Positions 51,445 through 64,000 of a stretch of 64,000 bases of DNA are shown here, in pieces. The stretch covers positions 130,758,001-130,822,000 of the forward strand of contig OZ024742.1 of assembly GCA_964016885.1 (NCBI GenBank), written 5' to 3'. The notes under the pieces are model-generated. The model made no database searches, was not told where the DNA came from, and worked only from the letters and a program-made list of their open reading frames with translations. A program made the translations under genes and the position numbers. Source of the DNA: Eledone cirrhosa. Taxonomy: Eukaryota. The number at the start of each line of letters is the position of its first letter. Positions within the stretch are counted from its first letter, which is position 1.

Positions 51445-51505
<61 letters not shown>

Positions 51506-51976
51506 GATAGTGATCGCGAGTTTGAACTCAGAAGGCAGGGACCAGGAATATGTACCAGAAGGTATTTCATCAGATTTTCCCAAGCTTCTAGCCAATTCCT
51601 CGAGAAGAAAAGAAATGTACACATCTAAAACAAAGAAAAAACAAAAACGCCCACAAAAACTAACAAAAAATTATAAAAAAAACATGAAAATGATAATAAT
51701 AACAACAATAACAAAACAAAAGGCAAAATGAATAAGAATTCCCATTGTTTAATCATAGGTAGAGCTGTTAGAACGTCGGTTGGACTGCTTCACCGTATTT
51801 GGTCTGCACTCTGGGGTCAATACGGGAATAGCTTCTACCAAGATTAAATGCCCTAAACAGGCCGTGTATCACTACGACGCCCCTATCATTCAATCAGAAG
51901 TTAAGGCCCATGCATGCAATGTTAACTCCACCCGTACCACTCCTGTTGACCCGATACACACATACGCACATACATA

Positions 51977-52351
51977 AGGCACATGGCTTAGTGGTTAGAG
52001 CATTGGGCTTGCAATCGAAAGGTTGTGAGTTCAATTCTCGGACCGGGTGGTGTGTTGTTTCCTTGAGCAAGACACTTTATTTCACGTTGCTCCAGTTTAC
52101 TCAGCTGTAGAAATGAGATGATAGGACTGGGGTCCCTATCATTAAATCACCCAAGACACCTCCAACAAGATATACCTTGGCGGTGTCTTGGGTAATTTAA
52201 TGATAGGGACTCCAGTCCTATCATCTCATTTCTACAGCTGAGTAAACTGGAGCAACATGAAATAAAGTGTCTTGCTCAAGGAAACAACACATCATCCGGT
52301 CCGAGTATTGAACTCACAACCTTTCGATTGCAACCCCAATACTCCAACCAG
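51977..52351. mobile_element. S2 SINE duplicated as an inverted pair (~360-bp palindrome)
   Basis: ~51992-52164 is the inverse of ~52177-52350 with scattered mismatches. Confidence 0.92.
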
Positions 52352-52652
52352 TGCATTACAGGTACTTTATTTTATCGACCCCGTAAGGATGAAAGGCAAA
52401 GTTAACCTCGGCGGGATTTGAACTCAGAATGGCAAGGGCCGTAACTCTATGCGTCAAAGCATGGCGTCCGACCCTCTACCGATACTGCCAATTAAAAAAT
52501 AATTGTTTCTACTTTAGGCACAAGGCCAGCAATTACACAGTGCATTACTGCTACTTTATTTTATCGACCCCGTAGGATGAAAGGCAAAATCAACCTTGGC
52601 GGGATTTGAACTCAGATCGTAAAGGGACGTAACTATGCTGGAAAGCATGGCG
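52348..52652 (-). mobile_element. Two tandem S1 SINEs
   Basis: Reverse complement of S1 twice. Confidence 0.9.
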
Positions 52653-52889
52653 TAAGAATAATGATAATAAGGAGTGGTCAAAGGTGAACCCGTCTTTTCC
52701 TTAGAACGACACACGAAGTTAACAAGCATCTTCTTCAAATGAAATGCTAAAATATTGTCTATATTATTAGATTATTGGTAATGAAGTCAAACAGAAAATT
52801 CTCCGACAACTGAATTTTGAGATAGCAGGCTGATGGTGAATTAGAATGGGTGATGGTGGAAACATATTGAGAGGATGATAGATATAGTC

Positions 52890-52932
<43 letters not shown>

Positions 52933-53076
52933 TATGCATATATATATATATATATATATCTATATATCTATATCTATATCTATATATATATATCTCTATA
53001 TATATATATATATGTATGTATATATATATATCTATATATATATATGTATGTATATATTTATATATAAGTATATATA

Positions 53077-53183
<107 letters not shown>

Positions 53184-53339
53184 ATATATATATAAATATA
53201 GTAATAATAATAAATTTGAAGACTAAAATCCAAAGAGGGCTCGATAAGGATAAATATATATCAAATATATATACTTATATATATATACTAAATATATATA
53301 CATATATATATACTTATATATATATCTATATATATATAC

Positions 53340-53528
<189 letters not shown>

Positions 53529-53577
53529 CATACATATATACATACATACATATATACATACATACATATATATATAT

Positions 53578-54822
53578 GCTGTGCCAATTCTAACGCCAAC
53601 ATTTGGCCTGCTGAACTGGTCATTGCAAGAACTAAGTGAGATGGATGTTAGAACTCGAAAACTTCTCAGTGTTACTGGGAACTTTAACATCAATGGTGAT
53701 GTGGATAGGCTATACATCTCACGCAAGGAAGGTGGCCGGGGTCTAAAATCAATATTAACAACATATGAGACCCGGATAGTAACACTGAAGCAACACCTTC
53801 AACAGAGGAAAAAGGTTGGCAACCATCTTGCCCAGGTTTATGAGCATGAAAAAAAAATATCATTAGAATAGCGACTGATCTGGAGGAGAGATATGGAATA
53901 AAGCCTGATCTAAATCTCTCACCCAGAGAAATCGGAAGATCTTATTCAATGTTCAAACAAGATAAAAAAATTGACCAATTTACAGAAAAAGTTGTGCATG
54001 GATACTTGAGGCGTAAAACACAGACCATAGAGGGGATAAACCACTGAAAAAGCCTGGCATGGAGTTCCGACAAGTTTATGACATCACACCTTGAAGGATA
54101 TCTCTATGCAATACAGGAACAAGAACTCCCTACCAAATATCTGCTGCACAAAATAGGAGGGCCAGCAGCTGACAATAAATGTAGGCTATGTAAAACAAAG
54201 ATCGAGGATGTAAGCCTCATTGTTGCCGGCTGCGAAAGAATGTCATCTCGCTACTACCTCCCCATGAGACACGATGGGATAGCTAGAACCATCTGGAACG
54301 CACTTCGGAAAACAAACGAGGAAGAATATATTGAGACAGATGGCACTAAGGAATACTGGTGGAACCTGAAAATAAAAACTGCCACTAAATTAAAGCACAA
54401 CCGGCCTGATATTGTTGTTTGGGACCACACATTGAAAACGTGTTCTGTTGTGGAGATCAGCTGCCCACTTGATGTAAACGTTGTCAGAAAAATACAGGAG
54501 AAGGACGACATCTACGGACCATTGATGAGGAGTTTACAAATCCAGTATCCAAGATACACCTTTAGCTTCATACCCATCATTATTGGAGCTACGGGTTATA
54601 TACCAACCCGCTTGGACCAAAGTATGACTGAACTTGGATTTGCGGACAAAAAGCGCAGCTTCCTAGTTCATAGTCTACAAATGGCTGCGATAGCTGCTAC
54701 CTTCAAAATTTGCAAAACATTCTTGCGATTCAAGGGATGACAATTTCTTTTCTTTTACAACCTTGCCACCAGGAAGGTGGCCGGTCAAAAAAAATATACG
54801 CGAAATTAAGAGAAAGAGATAA
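53578..54822 (+). mobile_element. R4/Dong-type LINE, 5'-truncated (CCHC-like knuckle and restriction-like endonuclease)
   Basis: [63 protein letters not shown]; 3' hairpin; embedded in (TA/TACA)n. Confidence 0.93.
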
Positions 54823-54823
54823 C

Positions 54824-54878
<55 letters not shown>

Positions 54879-54903
54879 CATATATATATACATACATACA
54901 TAT

Positions 54904-54936
<33 letters not shown>

Positions 54937-54952
54937 CATATATCTCTCTCTT

Positions 54953-55232
<280 letters not shown>

Positions 55233-55379
55233 AACCAAGAGAGAGCAGAGTGAGTGAAAGAGGAATCTAATTGAAGCGAGTATGGCCACTGACATTTATA
55301 CCCGGGTATTCATAAGCAGCAGAATTCTGGTAAAGCTACAATGGAAGACGCATTGATGGGTAATTATGATAGATAGGGT

Positions 55380-55471
<92 letters not shown>

Positions 55472-56589
55472 GTGTGTGTGCTTAATTCAAACTAATTCCA
55501 AAGTACATGGCAGCTGACACTTTGGCAAACGTGAACCCATTTTTTCTGTCCTTTTGCCAGTAATATTCTGGAAGATGGAAGAATACGACGCCAATATTCC
55601 CTCCGCCTCTTCACCTGCCTTCACCCATCCCCCTTCACCTCCTCCTCTTTCACCTCCTTCTCATTCACCTCCTCCTCTCTCCTCCCACAAATTATCATCA
55701 TAATTTTTCTTCTTCTTCTTCTTCTTCTTCTTCTTCTTCTTCTTCTTCTTCTTCTTCTTCTTCTTCTTCTTCTTCTTCTTCTTCTTCTTCTTCTTCTTCT
55801 TCTTCTTCTTTTTCTTCGTTTCTTCGTTTCTTTGTTTCTCTGTTTCTTTCTTTCTTTCTACCATTTGTTCTTCAAGCTCTCAGAATCTTGATTTTATTAT
55901 TAGATTATCATCATTATTCATCAGAGACGAAGCGAAGAAATAGTTTCAAGTGATTTGGTGCAGTTGGACTGGCTGCCAGACAGTAGAGAAGCTTGGCTTG
56001 AAACTTTACAATATTTAGCCTTTTCCTTACCGTATTTCCAATAAAACACACTGCCTATGATTGTCAAATAATTTGAAATATAATCAAGAATTAAAAAAGA
56101 TTTAGTAAAATAACCAACATACCCATTTTCAATTGTGATGGCAATGTTTCTTTAGGTGAAGATAACCACTTTAAAATAAACTGTTTTACACCATAGAAAC
56201 ACAGTCGGTTTTAGTTAGTTTAGTATCAAACGATTTAAATTTCGACGTCTGATTGTTCGGAAGTTCAACACTTCAACATAGTCATGGACGACCTTACCGT
56301 TAGGGTTCACTCAACACCGATCGCATTCATATTTACATAATAAATATAGCTGACCAAAGATAAATATGACATTTTAAATGTTTTATTTATAAGTTTTATA
56401 TATACACACAAAAATGATATATACGTTACATAATTACATACATAAAACACAACAAAATATATAGAATAAATTTAACAAATGGTTGAATCTAGCAAAAGGG
56501 AATATTTTACTAATTTATCATTTGCATCATCAAGTTCTGCAACTGGTTTAGCTGTCACCGCTGGTCTCTGTTCTCCGTCATGCATAGAA

Positions 56590-57283
56590 GTGTCACAGTG
56601 TTGTGACCTCTCCAGTCTTTGATGTTGTCAGATTTTCTTTGTCTGTCTCTTCTTCATCTTCTCGCAACTGTTCCCCGAAGGATGGTTTTATCTAAGAGTC
56701 GTACGGAATACGTCACTGTCCCAGGCAAGCTTCCGTCTTTTCACCGTTGCAAGAAGCGGCTCCTGTCAGCGAATTTGTTGAATTGCTGCCTGACAATGCT
56801 ATTAGTTCTGTGCTCTATATACGGGATGTATTGCAGCCTACTGAAGCCCTTGTGCTCAAATACCTTCATTCTTCGTTCTATGTCAGCTGTAAGAATCCAT
56901 CTCTCACACCCATGCAGGAGGATCGAAGCCACTATTGACGTGTTCAGTTTGAATCACACTAGAAAACTAATGAAGTTGCTTTTCCGTGTGATGTTCAGCT
57001 TCGTCGTGCCACAAAGAGGCCAGACCGAATCTTGACATTATCATGTTCTTGGAAAATATTATTAAAAATAAAAAAAGTAACAATGTTTCTAGTAATAAAA
57101 CAAAATAACGTTCTTCTTCTTCTTCTTCTTCTTCTTCTTCTTCTTCTTCTTCTTCTTCTTCTTCTTCTTCTTCTTCTTCTTCTTCTTCTTCTTCTTCTTC
57201 TTCTTCTTCTTCTTCTTCTTCTCCATTCTACTTTCACCTAACCACAAACTACAACAAAAACACCCCACCACCACAACCACCAT

Positions 57284-57336
<53 letters not shown>

Positions 57337-57353
57337 TCACCGCCACCACCACC

Positions 57354-57438
<85 letters not shown>

Positions 57439-58280
57439 AAATGTTAATCGATATGATGTATGATCTATTTAAGAGTTACAATAAACAAAAATAATCTTCT
57501 AGAGTTGTTCCATGATTCATGATGAGCTTGCTTGATGTTGTCAGCTTTGGAGTTTACATCTAGAAGTTTGAGAGCTGGAAACCTGCTACTTACGTTCGCC
57601 CCAAACATTGTCGCAATTCTAGAATACTTTAGTTTGTTACTTCAAACCTAATAAATGGCTCCTTTGTATGGATCTTTTTCTTTAATGTGAATGCTAAACG
57701 GTTAATCCTTTAGCATTCACATTACTCTGTATTTATTGTTGTATTTTCACAGTAAAGGCTTTATCTCACATAATATCAAATCTATGAGAATTTGATATTA
57801 TTTATTTAGAGAAAAATACCTTAATGTTGGTATGAGCAGCTCATTATGACCAGTTAGAACAGAAAGAGGTGACAGAACTTTGGCCGGATATGGGCGGTTT
57901 AAATGCTAAAGGGTTAAGCTTCAGTGTTATCCGAACCAAATCAGAGTCAATGTTGATATTTGCACAAGAGAAGCTCCTGTCCTTGTAGACGTTGGACTTG
58001 AAATTTTGAGGTGCGAGAGTGTGAGCCCTGCCACCGGGTGTGTACTACCGTATTGTTCTCCGTGTGGTCTTGTGTGGAAACAATGTATTGCCTAAAATCA
58101 GGTTATAGGTGGTAGCAAATTGTAGGAGCCGGGGTCAATGAACCTTTTTTTCGCCAATTCTAATTCGTCCCACTGCATCCGGGTCTACTGGGCATTCCAG
58201 TCTCCTAAGACGATGAAAATATATTTTTTCTCTCGGTCCTCGTGGAACTCTTCAACAATCCCATCGACATATTCAAGTGT
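56590..58280 (-). pseudogene. RTE-type LINE relics (APE motif and post-RT region)
   Basis: IVLGDWNA near 58190-58220; SILLHGCERWILTADIERRMKVFE at 56741-56932; split by (TTC)n/(ACT)n tracts; may be separate copies. Confidence 0.7.
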
Positions 58281-58378
58281 TGACTTGTATGATGTTAATG
58301 TTCTGTGGTAATGCAGCAACACGTATGGGCACGAATCTGCCGGATATTAACGTACAGCTGATGACCGAGATGACTATG

Positions 58379-58459
<81 letters not shown>

Positions 58460-58464
<5 letters not shown>

Positions 58465-58704
58465 TAATAAAAACAATGAATAAAAACAAAGAAACAGTTC
58501 CTTATATTAAAAAAGTCATCATTTAATATAAGGAACTGTATCTTTGTTTTTATTCATTGTTTTTATTAATTTATCTTGACTCTGTTTTCCTGTGATTTTC
58601 ATCGAAAAAATTTTTGAATACATCTTCTCTTTTCATGATATTTGGATTGCATTGAGTTCTTCATACGGATTGGACACTACCGTATATTTTGGTAGATTTA
58701 TCTA
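58460..58704. mobile_element. Fold-back insert in (TA)n with right tail (family D)
   Basis: ~58460-58511 is the inverse of ~58522-58573; ~130-nt extension ending tctac. Confidence 0.72.
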
Positions 58705-58708
58705 CATA

Positions 58709-58791
<83 letters not shown>

Positions 58792-58802
58792 AAATATATA
58801 TA

Positions 58803-58902
58803 TAACGAAAGAATTGTGGTAAGGAACCAGATGGACCATAACGCACCAAAGTACTCAATACATAGTGTAGTAGAGTGGGTAATAGGAACAAGTATGACTC
58901 AG

Positions 58903-58905
<3 letters not shown>
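58803..58905 (-). mobile_element. Family A tail fragment
   Basis: gaattgtggtaaggaaccagatggaccataacgcacc matches 4702-4739. Confidence 0.88.
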
Positions 58906-58946
<41 letters not shown>

Positions 58947-59256
58947 GGCGTCACTACGACTTCCTCAAGTGTTACGGGACCATGCGTGTATATATATATA
59001 TATATGGCTGCAAGCTGATGCTATTCGTCACCCCTTTACCAGCAATTGGTGTAGGTTGGTTTTTGTTTGGCTGGGAGGGTCGGTGCATGATCTGTTTGCA
59101 TTCCAATGTTTGTTGAATGTGTTATGTGTCAACTGAGTGTAATTGAATGCAGGGTTGTGACTGGCATTTGCTTAATTTCATGGACAGCCCGGAGTTGGTG
59201 TTCTTTGGTTCGCATTCTAGTTAAGACAATTGACTGTTTTATGTTGTTATGTTATA

Positions 59257-59316
<60 letters not shown>

Positions 59317-59521
59317 CCCCCCCACACACACATATATATGTGTGTGTGTATACTTATATATATATATACATACGTATGTATGTATGTATGTATGTATGTA
59401 TGTATGTATGTATCTATATGTATGTATATATATATGTGTGTGTGTGTATGTATACTTATATATGTACATACAAATGTATACATATATATGTTATAGATTC
59501 AAATACACTGGCTTCTTCATG

Positions 59522-59568
<47 letters not shown>

Positions 59569-59605
59569 ATAGATATATATATGTGTGTGTGTGTGTGTGT
59601 GCATG

Positions 59606-59676
<71 letters not shown>

Positions 59677-60014
59677 ATATACATTCATGCATACATATTC
59701 ATGTATATGTGTAGACGTGTGCCACTAGTCATGTATTCATATGTACAGTATATATACAAGTATATGTACAAGTATATATACAACTATATATACAAGTATA
59801 TATACACGTATATATAATATTAACGAACACGTCTTTTACGCTAATCCACTTTAAGCGGATTTATGTTTTTCCTGAAGACTTTAAAATCGATTACAGAACA
59901 ACTATTTTAGATTTCGCTTCGAATTATGAGATCGTTCCGTCTCGGTTGTCTGTCTGATTGCCTCTCTTTCTCTTTCCCTCTCGTTTTGCAATATATCTTT
60001 CTCTATCTCTCACT

Positions 60015-61292
60015 AACCTACCTACCTACCTACCTACCTACCTACCTACCTACCTACCTACCTACCTACCTAGCTAGCTACCTAGCTAGCTACCTAGCTA
60101 CCTACCTACATATCTACCTACCTACCTACCTACCTACCTACCTACCTACCTACCTACCTACCTACCTACCTACCTACCTACCTACCTACCTACCTACCTA
60201 CCTACCTACCTATCTACCTACCTACCTACCTACCTACCTACCTACCTACCTAGCTAGCTACCTACCTACCTACCTACCTACCTACCTACCTACATAACTA
60301 GCTACCTACCTACCTACCTACCTACCTACCTACCTACCTACCTACCTACCTACCTACCTACCTACCTACCTACCTACCTACCTACCTACCTACCTACCTA
60401 CCTACCTACCTACATAACTAGCTACCTACCTACCTACCTAGCTAGCTACCTACCTACCTACCTACCTACCTACCTACCTAGCTACCTAGCTACCTACCTA
60501 CCTACCTACCTACCTACCTACCTACCTACCTACCTACCTACCTACCTACCTACCTACCTACCTACCTACCTAGCTAGCTACCTACCTACCTACCTACCTA
60601 TCTACCTACCTACCTACCTACCTACCTACCTACCTACCTACCTACCTACCTACATAACTAGCTAGCTACCTACCTACCTACCTACCTACCTACCTACCTA
60701 CCTACCTACCTACCTACCTACCTACCTACCTACCTACCTACCTAGCTAGCTACCTACCTACCTACCTAACTACCTACCTAGCTAGCTACCTACCTACCTA
60801 CCTAGCTACCTACCTACCTACCTAGCTACCTACCTACCTACCTACCTACCTACCTACCTACCTACCTAGCTACCTACCTACCTACCTACCTACCTACCTA
60901 CCTACCTACCTACCTACCTACCTACCTACCTACCTACCTATCTACCTACCTACCTACCTACCTACATATCTACCTACCTACCTACCTACCTACCTACCTA
61001 CCTACCTACCTACCTACCTACCTACCTACCTACCTACCTACATATCTACCTACCTACCTACCTACCTACCTACCTACCTACCTACCTACCTACCTACCTA
61101 CCTAGCTACCTACCTACATATCTACCTACCTACCTACCTACCTACCTACCTACCTACCTACCTACCTACCTACCTACCTACCTACCTACCTACCTACCTA
61201 CCTACCTACCTACCTATCTACCTACCTACCTATCTACCTACCTACCTACCTAGCTACCTACCTACCTACCTAGCTACCTACCTATCTACCTA
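60015..61292. repeat. ~1.3-kb (TACC)n tetranucleotide array with TAGC/TATC variants
   Basis: Directly visible; resumes at ~62896-62995. Confidence 0.98.
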
Positions 61293-62895
61293 TAACGAGG
61301 CGGTCGGCACATTACTGGAGGAGTACGAAAGGTTCACAGGGGCTAAGCTGAACCGGGACAAGTCGATCGGTTTGCAACTCGGCACGTGGAGGGGCAGACC
61401 GATGCCCTCCGATAACGTCGTCGGACGTTGGACGGAGGGCCCGGTGAAGTTGCTCGGGGTCTGGTTCGGACCGGACCTCCAGGTGGAGAAAAACTGGGCG
61501 GAGGTTACGAACAGGGTGTTTGCACTGACCCAGAAGTGGGCCAGTTGCAAACTATCCCTGAAAGGTCGGGCGGAAGTGGCGAACACCTACATAGCGTCCG
61601 TCATCTACTACCGCCTGACCGTAGTGCCCTGCCCAAGGGAAACCCTCACCAAGATGGAGCGCGCGCTCTTCCAATTCCTTTGGAAGAGGCGGGCTCCTAT
61701 GGTGAGGAGATCCATCTGCTGTCAACACCCTTCGAAAGGAGGGCTGGGGATGCCGTGGCTAATGATGCGTAAACACGCATTAAGGCTACGGCACCTCTAC
61801 GTATTCCTCACCGGACAACCGGTGTGGGCCTCGTTTGTGAGACGAACCTTTCCCAGACTCGTCTCACTCACCGAGCTGCAATCCTGGGTCAAGCAAAGAC
61901 CGAGAAAACTGGGCGCCTGGCACACTGAGTGTGCCCAGGCGCTCACCGCCCTCTGGCAGGCGGATCCGGTTATCAGTGGAGACTCCACCGCAACATTCTA
62001 TAGAGGGCTGGTACGCAGCAGGTGCGACGACGCCCTCGGAGAAGCCCTAGACATGGAGGAGGACGAACTGGCCAGCCTGTTCGGTAGGACATTCAGCCCA
62101 GGACCTATGGACAACTTCCAGAAGTCCCTGGCCTGGCAGTGCTACCGAGGGGCTTTACCCGTTCGAGAAAGGCTCTACAGACACGGGCGCCCGGGTAGGG
62201 ACCCCGCCAAAAAGATCTGTCCCAGATGCGTGTGCGACGAGGAAACCGTTGCACACGCATTGGTACACTGCTCGGGCGTAGCCGATCTGTGGGGCTATGT
62301 CGAACAACTGCTGTCAAGGGTGGGACCGATCCGGTTGACCACCGAGTCTATTGTAATGATCAAGCCGCCTCCCCCCTTCAAAGATGAAGCAGAGGCGGTG
62401 TTTCTGTGCGTAATAGCCATGGCGAAAGAGGTTGTATGGTGGACGCGTCTGAAAGGACTGAGGTCGGGCACCTTTCTCTCTGGCCAACAACTGGTCCGTT
62501 TCTTCCGATATCATTTCGGAAGAAGGATCAGGATGGAGAGAGAGGTGCTGCACCCCAGCCGTTTCTATGAAAGATGGGTGAAAGTGGCGAGAATGGCCCG
62601 TGTGAATGGGCCTTCACTCTACATCAGACTATAGGTGAGGAAGATGAAAGACCAAGGGAGCACCCCTTCTCTGTGCTCCTGAGGAGAAGGGTTGCACACT
62701 TTTTTCGGGGGTGTGTGCGACCCCCCAAGGCGCCTCCTCTCTATTGAGGATTTTGTTAAAAATTTTATTTTTTGTTATATCTTATTTTATTTTTATATTT
62801 TGTTATTGCCTCCTCCTTATTGAGGACGCCTTTTGTGTAAACTCCCCCCTTTGTACTTGTCCCACTTTTGATGCCCTAGTGGCAAAAAAAAGAAA
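61293..62895 (+). mobile_element. Tx1/L1-type LINE, 5'-truncated, inserted in (TACC)n
   Basis: GAKLNRDKS, VKLLGVWFG, LSLKGRAEVAN, KGGLGMP, zf-RVT-like CPRC..ETVAHALVHC; 3' UTR ends ggcaaaaaaaagaaa; GC-rich uninterrupted ORF. Confidence 0.92.
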
Positions 62896-63043
62896 TATAC
62901 CTATCTACCTACCTACATAACTAGCTACCTACCTACCTACCTACCTACCTACCTACCTACCTACCTACCTACCTACTTACCTACCTACCACCTATCTATC
63001 TAGCTATCGACCGTTCTAACTATTCATCTATTTATCTATCATT

Positions 63044-63215
63044 ATCGGTAGAGGGTCGGACGCCATGCTTTCCAGCATAGTTACGTCCCTTTACGATCTG
63101 AGTTCAAATCCAGCCGAGGTTGACTTTGCCTTTCATCCTTACGGGGTCGATAAAATAAAGTACCAGTAATGCACTGGGTAATTGCTGGCCTTGTGCCTAA
63201 AGTAGAAACAATTAT
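63044..63215 (+). mobile_element. SINE S1, slightly 5'-truncated
   Basis: Near-identical to 22554-22721. Confidence 0.93.
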
Positions 63216-63234
63216 GTCTACCGACCAAGCTACC

Positions 63235-64000
63235 TGATTGATACGTGAGCCGAAGCAAATGTGCGCGGCCTTTCAGCGGCACTTTGCTCAACTGTTCGGG
63301 CAGGGCGGCGCGCCGGGAGGGGCTATGGATTTCGGTCCATACTTCGACGGCCTACTGCGACTCTCGGACAGCGAGGCAAAGTTCTGCGAAATGCCGATTT
63401 CGGCCGCTGAGATAGGGGACGCGCTGAGCCAATGCGGCAAACGCAAATCTCCAGGTCTCGACGGTCTACGCTACGAATTTTACGTAGCTATGCCGGACTT
63501 GTTCTCCGGTCTCCTGGAAGCGGTCTACTGAGAATTCCCAGTTCTGTGACCAAGGGCGTAATCACGTTAGTCAGGAAGGACGAGAATGAGGGGGATGACA
63601 TAGGCAACTTTCGGACCATAACTCTGCTCAACACAGAGTTACAGATTTTGGCCAAGGTGTTGGCAAAGAGGCTGGCGCTTGTCGTCGAAAACCTGGTGGG
63701 AGAAGCGCAGACATGCGCAATCCCGACCAGGTCCATACACGACAACCTCCACCTCATGCGATACATCATAGAGAGGGTAGGGTGTAAACCCGGCTTCGGT
63801 GGGGCCCTGATCAACTTGGACCAGTCTAAGGCTTTCGATAGGGTTGACCATCGTTATCTGGATGCGGTGCTCGAGGCGGCAGGCTTCGGACCCGTGTTCA
63901 GGGGCTGGATTGCTGCAATGCACAGCAGCAACATCTGCTCAAGGGTGAAGGTGAACGGCTACCTCTCGGAGCCGTTCCATATCACGCGATCTATCCAACA
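63235..64000 (+). mobile_element. Second Tx1/L1-type LINE, RT N-terminal part, runs off the window
   Basis: KSPGLDGLRYEFY, NFRTITLLNTELQILAKVLAKRL, LINLDQSKAFDRVDH; small deletion/frameshift near 63530. Confidence 0.92.

Noticed and set aside
51540-51580. Minus-strand CTGATGA
   Set aside because: No matching GAAA/NUH with paired stems found.
55686-57440. Poly-K/R/L/V ORFs
   Set aside because: (TTC)n and (ACT)n trinucleotide repeats.
60015-61292. Telomeric array
   Set aside because: Unit is TACC/GGTA, not TTAGGG; internal and degenerate.

Overview
AT-rich animal genomic DNA packed with microsatellites; the SINE and LINE content suggests a cephalopod (Octopus-like; inference). Nearly all listed ORFs are translations of (TA)n/(CA)n/(TACA)n/(TACC)n tracts. 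The window is mostly retroelements nested in microsatellites: four large Penelope-like elements (PLEs; RT plus C-terminal GIY-YIG), about a dozen short PLE-type fold-back inserts (inverted repeat plus one-sided tail) in (TA)n, at least eight hammerhead ribozyme (HHR) motifs, R4/Dong-type LINEs beside (TACA)n/(TA)n, two Tx1/L1-type LINEs in (TACC)n, RTE relics, many tRNA-derived SINEs, Helitron remnants and two minisatellites. Most notable: (1) a PLE family whose HHR has a non-canonical CAGAAGA core in all five copies; (2) an HHR with a U3-A8 covariant core; (3) a PLE-architecture element carrying a tRNA-like cloverleaf with no HHR visible; (4) a family that folds back repeatedly at the same predicted HHR stem II; (5) apparent partitioning of retroelement clades among microsatellite types. 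A weak, phase-consistent minus-strand exon chain may be a host gene with a SEA-like domain. All calls were made by eye and many boundaries are approximate.
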